Counted from the first letter of the stretch, positions 1 through 6,878 are shown. The stretch: DNA of 44,971 nucleotides from a virus (IMGVR_UViG_3300037439_000094:1-44971); one strand, 5' to 3'. Program-made: numbers and translations. Notes: a model not told the origin generated them from the letters alone.

Positions 1-135
1 GAGGTAGACGTGGTGGACGTCGTCCTCCAGCACGAGGATGTCGCCTAACTCGGTGGCGAGACGTCGTCCTCGTCGGATTCTCGCCTGAACATCGGTCAGA
101 TAGTGACCCGGGTCTGACTGGTCGTGGTCACCCAC
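1..135 (-). CDS. hypothetical protein (3' part runs off the window)
   Basis: GTG at 135 with GAAGGAG 8 nt upstream; open frame VGDHDQSDPGHYLTDVQARIRRGRRLATELGDILVLEDDVHHVYL to the window edge; not in the ORF track. Confidence 0.5.
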   Translation of the reverse strand, partial: MGDHDQSDPGHYLTDVQARIRRGRRLATELGDILVLEDDVHHVYL

Positions 136-139
136 GTTG

Positions 140-505
140 TCATCTCCTTCTCTGTTGGCGGCCCAACGCCTGGTCGACGAGAGGCTTGGTGTCCTCTGTC
201 GGTGGAACCGGGGGTGAATACCCCTCGGCGTCCATGGCGTGCGGGTCGGTCACGTCCTCCTCGAAGTCGTACTCCCGGTCCAGCTCAGTGGCGAAGTAGG
301 TCTCGCCCCTGGGCCAGACTCCGAGGATCCAGTCGCCGTTCGGCAACTGGAACCAGAGCCAACCCGAGCGGCCGTCGTCGTCCTCGGGTGCGTTCATCAC
401 GTAGGCGGCCATCTCGGGATCGGCCGGAATCTCGACGGCAAGCAGCTTGTCGGTGAGGTCTCCTCTCTCGTCGTGGTCGTAGATGAGTCGTGCGGTCTTG
501 GTCAC
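140..505 (-). CDS. hypothetical protein
   Basis: Start moved to GTG at 505 (GTGA overlap with the upstream stop, RBS GAAGGAG); acidic, protein-like sequence. Confidence 0.7.
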   Translation of the reverse strand: MTKTARLIYDHDERGDLTDKLLAVEIPADPEMAAYVMNAPEDDDGRSGWLWFQLPNGDWILGVWPRGETYFATELDREYDFEEDVTDPHAMDAEGYSPPVPPTEDTKPLVDQALGRQQRRR

Positions 506-1158
506 TGTCCGTTCTCCTTCTCTTGTCGTATGTCGGCTACGGTCTCGCCCTTCTTGAGACGCTCGAGAACCTCGGCCGTCTGCTCGTCGGAGAGGCTCTG
601 AAGCCACTCGAGATCGACCGGATCAGGGCGGTGAAACGTCGTGGCCGAGCGGGCATAACGCTCCTCGGCATCGGGCGGGCTCGCCGTCTCAGAACGGTCA
701 GACCGTGCTAGGCGGTTGAACTCCCTCGCCATCGGATCGAGGTTGGGTGTCGGGTCGTCCTCCGGTTTCAACCCCGGCGTTCTCGGGCGAGATCCCGTCA
801 ACACGCCCGGCGTCACCCCGGTATACCCGCGCAGACCTCGGATCCTCACCTGGAGGTAGACCTCGATCGGGGGCTTGACCGGACCGAGCTTCGTCGTGCC
901 TACGTCGAGCTCGAGCGATCTCGGCAACCGGCACTGGAGCATCACCGGGTACGCGTCGTGTCTCTCGAGGTCGCGGTGAACGACGGCTGCCTCGGTGGTG
1001 CTCGGTTCGAAACGGTAGATCTCGATGTCGACCGACCGGTACTGACCACCCTTCGGAGGGTAGTGCCAGAAGGCGTTGACGACCCTTCCCTGTACCGCGA
1101 CCCGCTGGTCCACGAGGGGCCGGAGGAGGTGGTAGCGCTGCTGCTCAGTGAGGGACAT
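502..1158 (-). CDS. hypothetical protein
   Basis: 218 aa ORF, RBS AAGGAG, coupled to the downstream gene. Confidence 0.75.
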   Translation of the reverse strand: MSLTEQQRYHLLRPLVDQRVAVQGRVVNAFWHYPPKGGQYRSVDIEIYRFEPSTTEAAVVHRDLERHDAYPVMLQCRLPRSLELDVGTTKLGPVKPPIEVYLQVRIRGLRGYTGVTPGVLTGSRPRTPGLKPEDDPTPNLDPMAREFNRLARSDRSETASPPDAEERYARSATTFHRPDPVDLEWLQSLSDEQTAEVLERLKKGETVADIRQEKENGQ

Positions 1159-1252
1159 AGTAGGGCGGTCTCCTTCCGCCCCACTAGCGATCCTGGCCGC
1201 GAACTGGCTACGGCCCTTGACCTGGTGCGATCCGGATCATAGTGGGGCTATC

Positions 1253-1350
1253 GTTGGGTGCGAGTGGTAATCCTAGAACGGGTTCGAAGTGAAACTTAAG
1301 ACTTAACGGAGCCCTCAGAGGGCTTTCTAGATTTACCACTCGCACCAAAC
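1253..1350. repeat. 26-bp imperfect inverted repeat enclosing three small palindromes
   Basis: 1253-1278 GTTGGGTGCGAGTGGTAATCCTAGAA matches the reverse complement of 1325-1350 at 23 of 26 positions. Confidence 0.9.
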
Positions 1351-1574
1351 TACCACCTAGGTATGCGGGTGACCAGGGTGCCGTCCCGTGAGGCAGTCGT
1401 TCGTCCAGACGAGATCTCGTGGTGAACGGTTACAGCGAAACAGCTGCTGTGCCGCGTCCATACGGTGCCGTATGGAAACCGTGACAGGACGACGGAGGGG
1501 AGCAGCAAGGAGAATCGATCGTCGCCGTCCGTCTCCGTTTAGCTCCGTCCGCTGCCTGGTTCACCTGCGAGATC

Positions 1575-1613
1575 CGTTCGTTCGTTCGTTCGTTCGTTCG
1601 TTCGTTCGTTCGT
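1575..1613. repeat. tetranucleotide microsatellite (CGTT)9CGT
   Basis: Perfect tandem array read directly from the sequence. Confidence 0.97.
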
Positions 1614-1630
1614 CTGGCGATCTCCGTCTC

Positions 1631-1840
1631 TCAGTGTACGACCCGCGGGAAGATGTCCCGCACGTGCAGGTCGGTCCAGTCGGCGTGTCCGAAGGACACC
1701 CCGAAGGTTCGCCCGTGGGATCCGGAGTCCCGGAACCCGACGAAGTAGTTGCGTCGCTCGCGGTTGTACGCCAGCTGGAGCCGCACCCACGACTGGAGTG
1801 CAGCCTGGCTGCGGAACAGCAGAATGCCGTTCGTGGTCAC
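1631..1840 (-). CDS. hypothetical protein
   Basis: GTG at 1840 overlaps the stop of the upstream gene (GTGA), RBS GGAGG; MTTNGILLFRSQAALQSWVRL... Confidence 0.65.
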   Translation of the reverse strand: MTTNGILLFRSQAALQSWVRLQLAYNRERRNYFVGFRDSGSHGRTFGVSFGHADWTDLHVRDIFPRVVH

Positions 1841-2034
1841 CCTGGCCACCTCCCGGTACCGATCGGCTCGTCGGCCTGGTCGATCACGGCCATGACCGAG
1901 TTGTGGGTCACGGCTGAGGCCGTCGCCGGCCCCGTGTCCATGTACCCACCGTCCGCGTACCCGCACCGGCACTGGACGGTCAGTCGACCGTCGTTCTGCA
2001 GGACGGGCGCGGCGTCGTGTCGCTCGTACGCCAT
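1837..2034 (-). CDS. small hypothetical protein with CxC/His residues
   Basis: 65 aa ORF preceded by the conserved GAGAGGAAGCGAC motif. Confidence 0.7.
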   Translation of the reverse strand: MAYERHDAAPVLQNDGRLTVQCRCGYADGGYMDTGPATASAVTHNSVMAVIDQADEPIGTGRWPG

Positions 2035-2121
2035 CTCGTCGCTTCCTCTCGTCTGTCCGGCCGTTCGTTCGCCGGATCGTGGCGCGGGCGGGGTTCGACC
2101 CCCGCTCCGGCCGTTCGCATG

Positions 2122-2301
2122 TCAGCTCAACCGGGGTGCGGTGACCCAGGACCAGCACTCGCCGTTCCAGACCAGTTGTCGGACGTCGTCCTTGGTCACC
2201 TCGATCAGGTGTCCGGTGGTCAGTCGCCGTAGCTGGTGCCCGGCGCCGATCGCGGTCGCGATCTCCACGTGCTTGCTCGGGTGGCAGTCGATCGCGTTCA
2301 T
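2122..2301 (-). CDS. hypothetical protein
   Basis: ATG overlaps the upstream stop; MNAIDCHPSKHVEIATAIG... Confidence 0.6.
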   Translation of the reverse strand: MNAIDCHPSKHVEIATAIGAGHQLRRLTTGHLIEVTKDDVRQLVWNGECWSWVTAPRLS

Positions 2302-2579
2302 CACTGCACCTTCAGGACATGCCAGCCGTCGCCCTCGGTGTGCAGGCACACCGTGACGCCGTTGCCGTAGTCGACTGGCTGCTCGTCGCCGGCACACCTG
2401 GTGTCGTCCACCGGTGGCCGCACGATCTGCTCGGTCGTGGTCGTCGTCGGCTTGACCGTCGTGGTCGTCTGGACACGTGGAGCCTCGTCCTCGTCACCGG
2501 GGACGCTTCCACTGCACCAGCCCACGCCGAAGGCCACGATCACGGCGGTCGCCGCGATCGCCTGCTCTGCTCGTCGCAT
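2301..2579 (-). CDS. membrane-anchored or secreted protein with Thr-rich linker
   Basis: N-terminal hydrophobic segment, TTTTVKPTTTTT linker, small Cys-containing C-terminal domain; conserved RBS motif. Confidence 0.7.
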   Translation of the reverse strand: MRRAEQAIAATAVIVAFGVGWCSGSVPGDEDEAPRVQTTTTVKPTTTTTEQIVRPPVDDTRCAGDEQPVDYGNGVTVCLHTEGDGWHVLKVQ

Positions 2580-2698
2580 GGCTCGTCGCTTCCTCTCTCA
2601 CGGACAGCCTGGTTGCCGCCCTCTGCCCCCACCTAGGCACGCCGTTGTGCCCAGGTGGGAGGAGAGGACTGGCGGGACGCCGTTGTCCCGCCTGTCGC

Positions 2699-3058
2699 TC
2701 AGCTTGCCTTCGCCGGAGCCTTGCGGGCCCGGGGCTTGCGGGTGGGGACCAGGGCGTACCGCACGGTCCGGCCCTCGCCGACCCGCTGGATCCGCTTCTC
2801 GTCGGGCTTGCGCAGCTCGCCGATCTTGGTCTTGTCCCGCACCTCGGGGCTGCCCTCGAGGCGCCAGGTGACGTTGTGCAGGATGCGGTAGTCGACCTTG
2901 GTGGCCGCCACCATCTCCTGGAGGGTCATCCCGTCCTTCTTGCCCTTCAGGGCCTCGAGGACTGCCGGGAAGTGGACCTCGGCCCTCACCGTGGTGCGGG
3001 TCTTGGCCTCGGCCTTCGAGGCGGCCTTCTTGGCCGTGCTGGGCTTCGTGGTGGGCAT
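2699..3058 (-). CDS. winged-helix DNA-binding protein with Lys/Ala/Pro-rich tails
   Basis: Start at ATG 3058 after GAGAGGAAGCGAC; VLEALK..GMTLQEMVAATKVDYRILHNVTWRL..IQRVGEGRTVRY fits a wHTH. Confidence 0.7.
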   Translation of the reverse strand: MPTTKPSTAKKAASKAEAKTRTTVRAEVHFPAVLEALKGKKDGMTLQEMVAATKVDYRILHNVTWRLEGSPEVRDKTKIGELRKPDEKRIQRVGEGRTVRYALVPTRKPRARKAPAKAS

Positions 3059-3154
3059 GTGTCGCTTCCTCTCTCTGTGTGCCCGGTGCTTACCTAGCCC
3101 GGGGGAGGTACCGCCCCATGGGGGTGGCCCTCCTCTCGGCCTAGCTCTCACCCC

Positions 3155-3382
3155 TCAAGGGGTGAACACGGTCTTGTGCACATGGTGGGTGTGTGCGGTG
3201 GAGGTGTGACCATGGGAGTGGTGCCTACAGGCACACCTAATCATGGCCTTCTTGCGGAGGTAGAGGGGGAACTCCTCATCATCATGCGGCTTGTTCCTTG
3301 CATCCTCACCCCTTCTCATGGTGGAGAGAGCTTGGAGGTAGGGAGAGCCATGAGTGAGGTTCTCACTCCTTCTTCTTGTCAT
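3155..3382 (-). CDS. His-rich hypothetical protein, first gene after the leftward promoter
   Basis: 75 aa ORF with AAGGGG RBS and GC3-rich codons; 8 of 9 Arg codons are AGR. Confidence 0.55.
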   Translation of the reverse strand: MTRRRSENLTHGSPYLQALSTMRRGEDARNKPHDDEEFPLYLRKKAMIRCACRHHSHGHTSTAHTHHVHKTVFTP

Positions 3383-3426
3383 GAGCTTGACCCCTTGGGT
3401 GGTGGGTGCTTCTTGCTTCTAGGTCC

Positions 3427-3455
3427 ACTATGAGCCTTGGGGCAAGAGATGTCTA
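3427..3455 (-). promoter_or_regulatory. sigma70/SigA-type leftward promoter
   Basis: TAGACA-N17-CATAGT on the minus strand, upstream of the leftward operon. Confidence 0.6.
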
Positions 3456-3465
3456 GTCCCAATGT

Positions 3466-3481
3466 TGTGACATATGTCACA
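3466..3481. promoter_or_regulatory. perfect palindrome matching the CRP/GlxR consensus TGTGA-N6-TCACA
   Basis: TGTGACATATGTCACA, 10 nt upstream of the -35 box. Confidence 0.65.
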
Positions 3482-3844
3482 TCCTCACATGAAAGAGAGA
3501 GAGGTGTAGGGGGAGGGGGGAGGGGGAGCGGTAAACAGGACATAGTCCCAGGTCACAGGGGGTGCCGACGATTTGCGGCCGGAAAGCCGCCGTACCACCC
3601 ATATCTACACCCACCTCGCTCCCCCGTTTCCCAGACTAAACCGCCTACACAAGCTGTCCGTTCCCTCTCAGATTGCCGGTGAGTACCGCCCTCGCTGCTG
3701 CCTCGATCTCCCGGACCTCCTGAACCCGGAGCGCGACCGCGGGACGCCCCCCACCAACTGGTATCCGCAGCGGAGGTGTCCCCACGGCGGCTCCAGGGCT
3801 GGTAGTCTGGGAGTTTCCAGACACCTACCACACAGGAGACACTC

Positions 3845-3985
3845 GTGAGACTGGTTGCCGTGTTGTTTATCGGCCTGTTGGCACTGGCCGAACACCTCCG
3901 GTTTCGGAGGTTGATGACCGAGGCTGACAGGACCGATCGAGAGATCCGACGACTGCAGAAGACGACCGGCGGCGGGGGGTTCTGA
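3845..3985 (+). CDS. small membrane protein
   Basis: RBS AGGAG; MRLVAVLFIGLLALAEHLRFRR...; below the ORF-track cutoff. Confidence 0.55.
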   Translation: MRLVAVLFIGLLALAEHLRFRRLMTEADRTDREIRRLQKTTGGGGF

Positions 3986-3987
3986 CC

Positions 3988-4191
3988 GTGCCTGGCTTCA
4001 TCTTCACCGAGAACGAGGACGAGGAGCAGCTGACGCTGCGTAACGTGGTCTTTCAGGCTCTCGGCGCCGCCAGCGTGTGTTGGAGCGAGGTTCCCTCGGG
4101 CATCTTCGAGAGCACCCGGGCGCAGGAGGTCGGCCACGCTCTGCTGGCCTGGATCGAGGAGTACTACGTTCCGAAGGAGGAACCCCGGTGA
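3988..4191 (+). CDS. hypothetical protein
   Basis: 67 aa ORF (VFQALGAASVCW..GIFES), coupled to the next gene. Confidence 0.7.
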   Translation: MPGFIFTENEDEEQLTLRNVVFQALGAASVCWSEVPSGIFESTRAQEVGHALLAWIEEYYVPKEEPR

Positions 4192-5186
4192 CGACCACCC
4201 ACACCGACCCCCGCAACGGCACCGACCAGGACCACCAGCGCAAAGCAAACCCCAGACCAAATCCCACCCCATCGGACGGCAAGCCGAGCAGCGACCTCTC
4301 GAAGCAGGTGGTGGTCACGCACCACCACGTGAAGCTCGAGGAGTTCTTCGAGAACCTCGGTCTGCCCTACGACCCGCGACGGACCGTGCACGTTCGGACG
4401 TGCGCCGTCTGCAACATGGGCGGACACGACCTCGACCAGCTGCGGGGACTGCGGCTCCAGCCCAGCCAGGTTCACTTCGCCCCCTTCTGGGGGACGGGCT
4501 TCCACGCCCGCCGCGCCTGGCTAAACCTGACCGCCTGTCTCGGGCCTAGCCTGAATGACCCAGGGATCACCGAACCCGACCAGGGCCACGGACCGCTGGT
4601 GGACCAGGAGATCCAGGCCGACGACGTGGACGTGGACGCCTACGGACGTCCGCTACCGCATCCCGAGGTCCAGAGCAGGAACAGCGTCCTCAGGGATAGT
4701 GTCCTCAGGAGCTTCGAGGAGGAGGAGCCGGCCAAGCTCGGTCTCGCCACCACCCGGGATCTGCTCGAGGAGGTGGCGTGCCGCATGGAGATCACCCATC
4801 GCACCTGGCGGGGCCGGAGGCTTGCGCTCGCCTGCCGGGAGGCCCTGGCCAACCTCGAGAGGCGGGTGTTGGACTACAGCACGGTCAAGCCCGACGGCCC
4901 TGACGATAGGTCCGACGCCTCCTCGGACTACGACAAACCCGACGAACCAGTCCTCGCGACCGAGTTCGACACTGACCCAGGCCTGGCAGCTCCCGCGGGC
5001 GTGTTCGACGTCGAGAAGCTGGACCTCAGTCGCCAGGGCTGGCAACAGTGTCAGCTCGGTTTCCACGCCTGGGTGTCCTGGTTGCCTGTCCACCGGGCCA
5101 ACGATCCGAAGATGCCGATCAACTACTACACGACCTGGTGTGCCCGCGAGGGCTGCGACGCCACTGAGCAGTGGGACTGCCCCTGA
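4188..5186 (+). CDS. hypothetical protein with Cys/His clusters
   Basis: GTGA overlap and AAGGAGG RBS; CAVC, CQLGFHAW and CAREGC motifs suggest Zn binding. Confidence 0.7.
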   Translation: MTTTHTDPRNGTDQDHQRKANPRPNPTPSDGKPSSDLSKQVVVTHHHVKLEEFFENLGLPYDPRRTVHVRTCAVCNMGGHDLDQLRGLRLQPSQVHFAPFWGTGFHARRAWLNLTACLGPSLNDPGITEPDQGHGPLVDQEIQADDVDVDAYGRPLPHPEVQSRNSVLRDSVLRSFEEEEPAKLGLATTRDLLEEVACRMEITHRTWRGRRLALACREALANLERRVLDYSTVKPDGPDDRSDASSDYDKPDEPVLATEFDTDPGLAAPAGVFDVEKLDLSRQGWQQCQLGFHAWVSWLPVHRANDPKMPINYYTTWCAREGCDATEQWDCP

Positions 5187-5383
5187 TGGGCCTGACTAAC
5201 TTCGGACACCACTACCCCTCGAGGGTCCTGGCCCGGCTGCTCAGGCGGTGCCGTCATCACTCGGCCTTTGACCGACCCTGCTGGCATCCCCGGGGTCACA
5301 TCGGGTACCACCACTTCCGACTGGCCGAGCATCTCAGGTACCTGCGTCTACGAAAGCAACTGCGAGAGAGGTGGTTCAGATGA
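5186..5383 (+). CDS. small basic His-rich hypothetical protein
   Basis: TGATG coupling upstream and ATGA coupling downstream. Confidence 0.5.
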   Translation: MGLTNFGHHYPSRVLARLLRRCRHHSAFDRPCWHPRGHIGYHHFRLAEHLRYLRLRKQLRERWFR

Positions 5384-5829
5384 GTGACCAGAAACTGTGC
5401 GGGAAGGTCGTAGAAGGGTTGTCGCCCTGTGTACGACGTCGTGGACACCTGGGTGGAGTACATACCTGGGATACTGCTCGCGCGAGGGAGATGGACCGGG
5501 AGGACGACCAGATGTCCACCGAGTTCAGTACCGCGAACGAACTGCGAGACAGGGGAGAGACCCGCGGATACATGTGGGCGACCGAGTTCGCCAAGAAGTT
5601 CCGGATCGGAACTCTCCACGAAGACGAGTCGATCTCCTGGTGGACCGGACCGTCCACCACGCTCGAGATCATGGGTGTCTGGTTCGCCAACGCGGTGGAG
5701 ACCGGCCGGGAGGAGGGCCGGAAGGAGGCTCTCACCGTCAGGTCGACCGACGGCTTCATCACTCCTGAGGAAGCCCGCGTAGCAGCCGAGAAGCTGCTCG
5801 GGTACCTGATCGAGACGGCAGGGCCATGA
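5380..5829 (+). CDS. hypothetical protein
   Basis: ATGA overlap; N-terminal C..C.R..GH.G.H motif. Confidence 0.7.
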   Translation: MSDQKLCGKVVEGLSPCVRRRGHLGGVHTWDTARAREMDREDDQMSTEFSTANELRDRGETRGYMWATEFAKKFRIGTLHEDESISWWTGPSTTLEIMGVWFANAVETGREEGRKEALTVRSTDGFITPEEARVAAEKLLGYLIETAGP

Positions 5830-5996
5830 CCCCGCTCGCCGTCCGAACGGATCACTGCCTCAACGCCTGGCCGTCGCCGAAGCCGTGCAACTGGACGGGC
5901 GGCTGCTACTGCGACCGTTCCAGAGACCACAGGGGCCGCTGCCGATGCGTGTGCGGCTCGACCCACACGCCGCTCACAGGAGACGACCAGCCATGA
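5826..5996 (+). CDS. 56-aa Cys-rich protein (7 Cys, 3 His)
   Basis: ATGA overlaps at both ends; MTPLAVRTDHCLNAWPSPKPCNWTGGCYCDRSRDHRGRCRCVCGSTH...; not in the ORF track. Confidence 0.6.
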   Translation: MTPLAVRTDHCLNAWPSPKPCNWTGGCYCDRSRDHRGRCRCVCGSTHTPLTGDDQP

Positions 5997-6505
5997 CCGA
6001 CCACACCGATCTACTCGCCCGCGCCGACGACTGGGACGTCACCCAGGACGAGCGTGGTCTCATCGAAGATTTGGCTGCGGCCTTGCGGGCCACTCTCGCC
6101 CAACGAGACGCTGCACGTGACGAACTGCTGGAGAAGTGGGAGTTGTACCGGGCCTGCAACGGCGCCGAGGTCTACGACGAGGTCATCCCGAAGATCCGCA
6201 AGCTCTACATGCAACTCAACGCCAAGGCTCGCGGTGACGAGTCCGACGTGGAAGGTGACCCGATCGAGCAGTGGAACCGGTTGATCGACCTGACCGTCAC
6301 GGCCGTCCTCCGCTGGATCGTGGCGAATCGGTGGTCAGTCAACGAGCACCAGCGGTGCGAGAAGGTCGACGCCCGGGTAGCCGAACTCGAAGCTGCCATC
6401 CACCGAGCGAGCGACCATGTGCCCGCCTATCTGCGTGCCCTGGTGTCGCCGCCCACAGCCAGCACCGCCGTGATCGGCCACGTACACCAACAGGAGGAGA
6501 TCTGA
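5993..6505 (+). CDS. hypothetical protein (coiled-coil)
   Basis: ATG 5993 with AGGAG RBS. Confidence 0.7.
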   Translation: MTDHTDLLARADDWDVTQDERGLIEDLAAALRATLAQRDAARDELLEKWELYRACNGAEVYDEVIPKIRKLYMQLNAKARGDESDVEGDPIEQWNRLIDLTVTAVLRWIVANRWSVNEHQRCEKVDARVAELEAAIHRASDHVPAYLRALVSPPTASTAVIGHVHQQEEI

Positions 6506-6627
6506 TGGGAACTGGACATACTCCCTGGAACCGTCGAGGTGAGAACTGGGACGCCCTGACCTACACCCTCGGGGCCATTGCGGCCATCGTGATCCTGGTG
6601 GCCTTTGTCGTGGACTGGTGGTTCTGA
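6505..6627 (+). CDS. small membrane protein
   Basis: AGGAGG RBS, single TM segment LGAIAAIVILVAFVV. Confidence 0.6.
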   Translation: MGTGHTPWNRRGENWDALTYTLGAIAAIVILVAFVVDWWF

Positions 6628-6878
6628 TGCCCTGGGTCGGAAGCACCGAGATGCACGGTCCGTTCGAACAGGTGACCAAGCGTCGCCGCTGGAAGATCAT
6701 CCATCATTGGGGAACCCAGCTGGGAGATACCCGTGAGTACGAGGTCAGTACGGTGGGAGACTCTCCCGGGGTTGTCTACCTCAAGTCGTCCGGTAGCCCG
6801 TCTCTTCAGCTGAACATCGAGGTGGTGCGGAAGCTGCACGAGGTGTTCGGTAACATCCTGGAGAGAGTCGACAAGTGA
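6627..6878 (+). CDS. hypothetical protein
   Basis: TGATG coupling. Confidence 0.6.
   Translation: MPWVGSTEMHGPFEQVTKRRRWKIIHHWGTQLGDTREYEVSTVGDSPGVVYLKSSGSPSLQLNIEVVRKLHEVFGNILERVDK

Noticed and set aside
99-143. ATG at 143 coupled to the upstream stop
   Set aside because: It gives only 15 codons; GTG at 135 has better RBS spacing and an open frame.
1253-1482. Hammerhead ribozyme
   Set aside because: GAAA elements are present, but I found no CUGANGA core in a suitable position on either strand.
2081-2117. tRNA-like T-arm (GCGGGGTTCGACCCCCGC)
   Set aside because: Loop geometry is not canonical and no matching acceptor, D or anticodon arm was found on either strand; treated as a plain hairpin.
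1388-2356. 322-aa plus-strand ORF spanning the microsatellite, a possible phase-variable gene
   Set aside because: It is antisense to well-coupled minus-strand genes, has no RBS and has shadow-ORF composition. ORF 1539-1790 (NERT repeats) overlaps a better gene in another frame.
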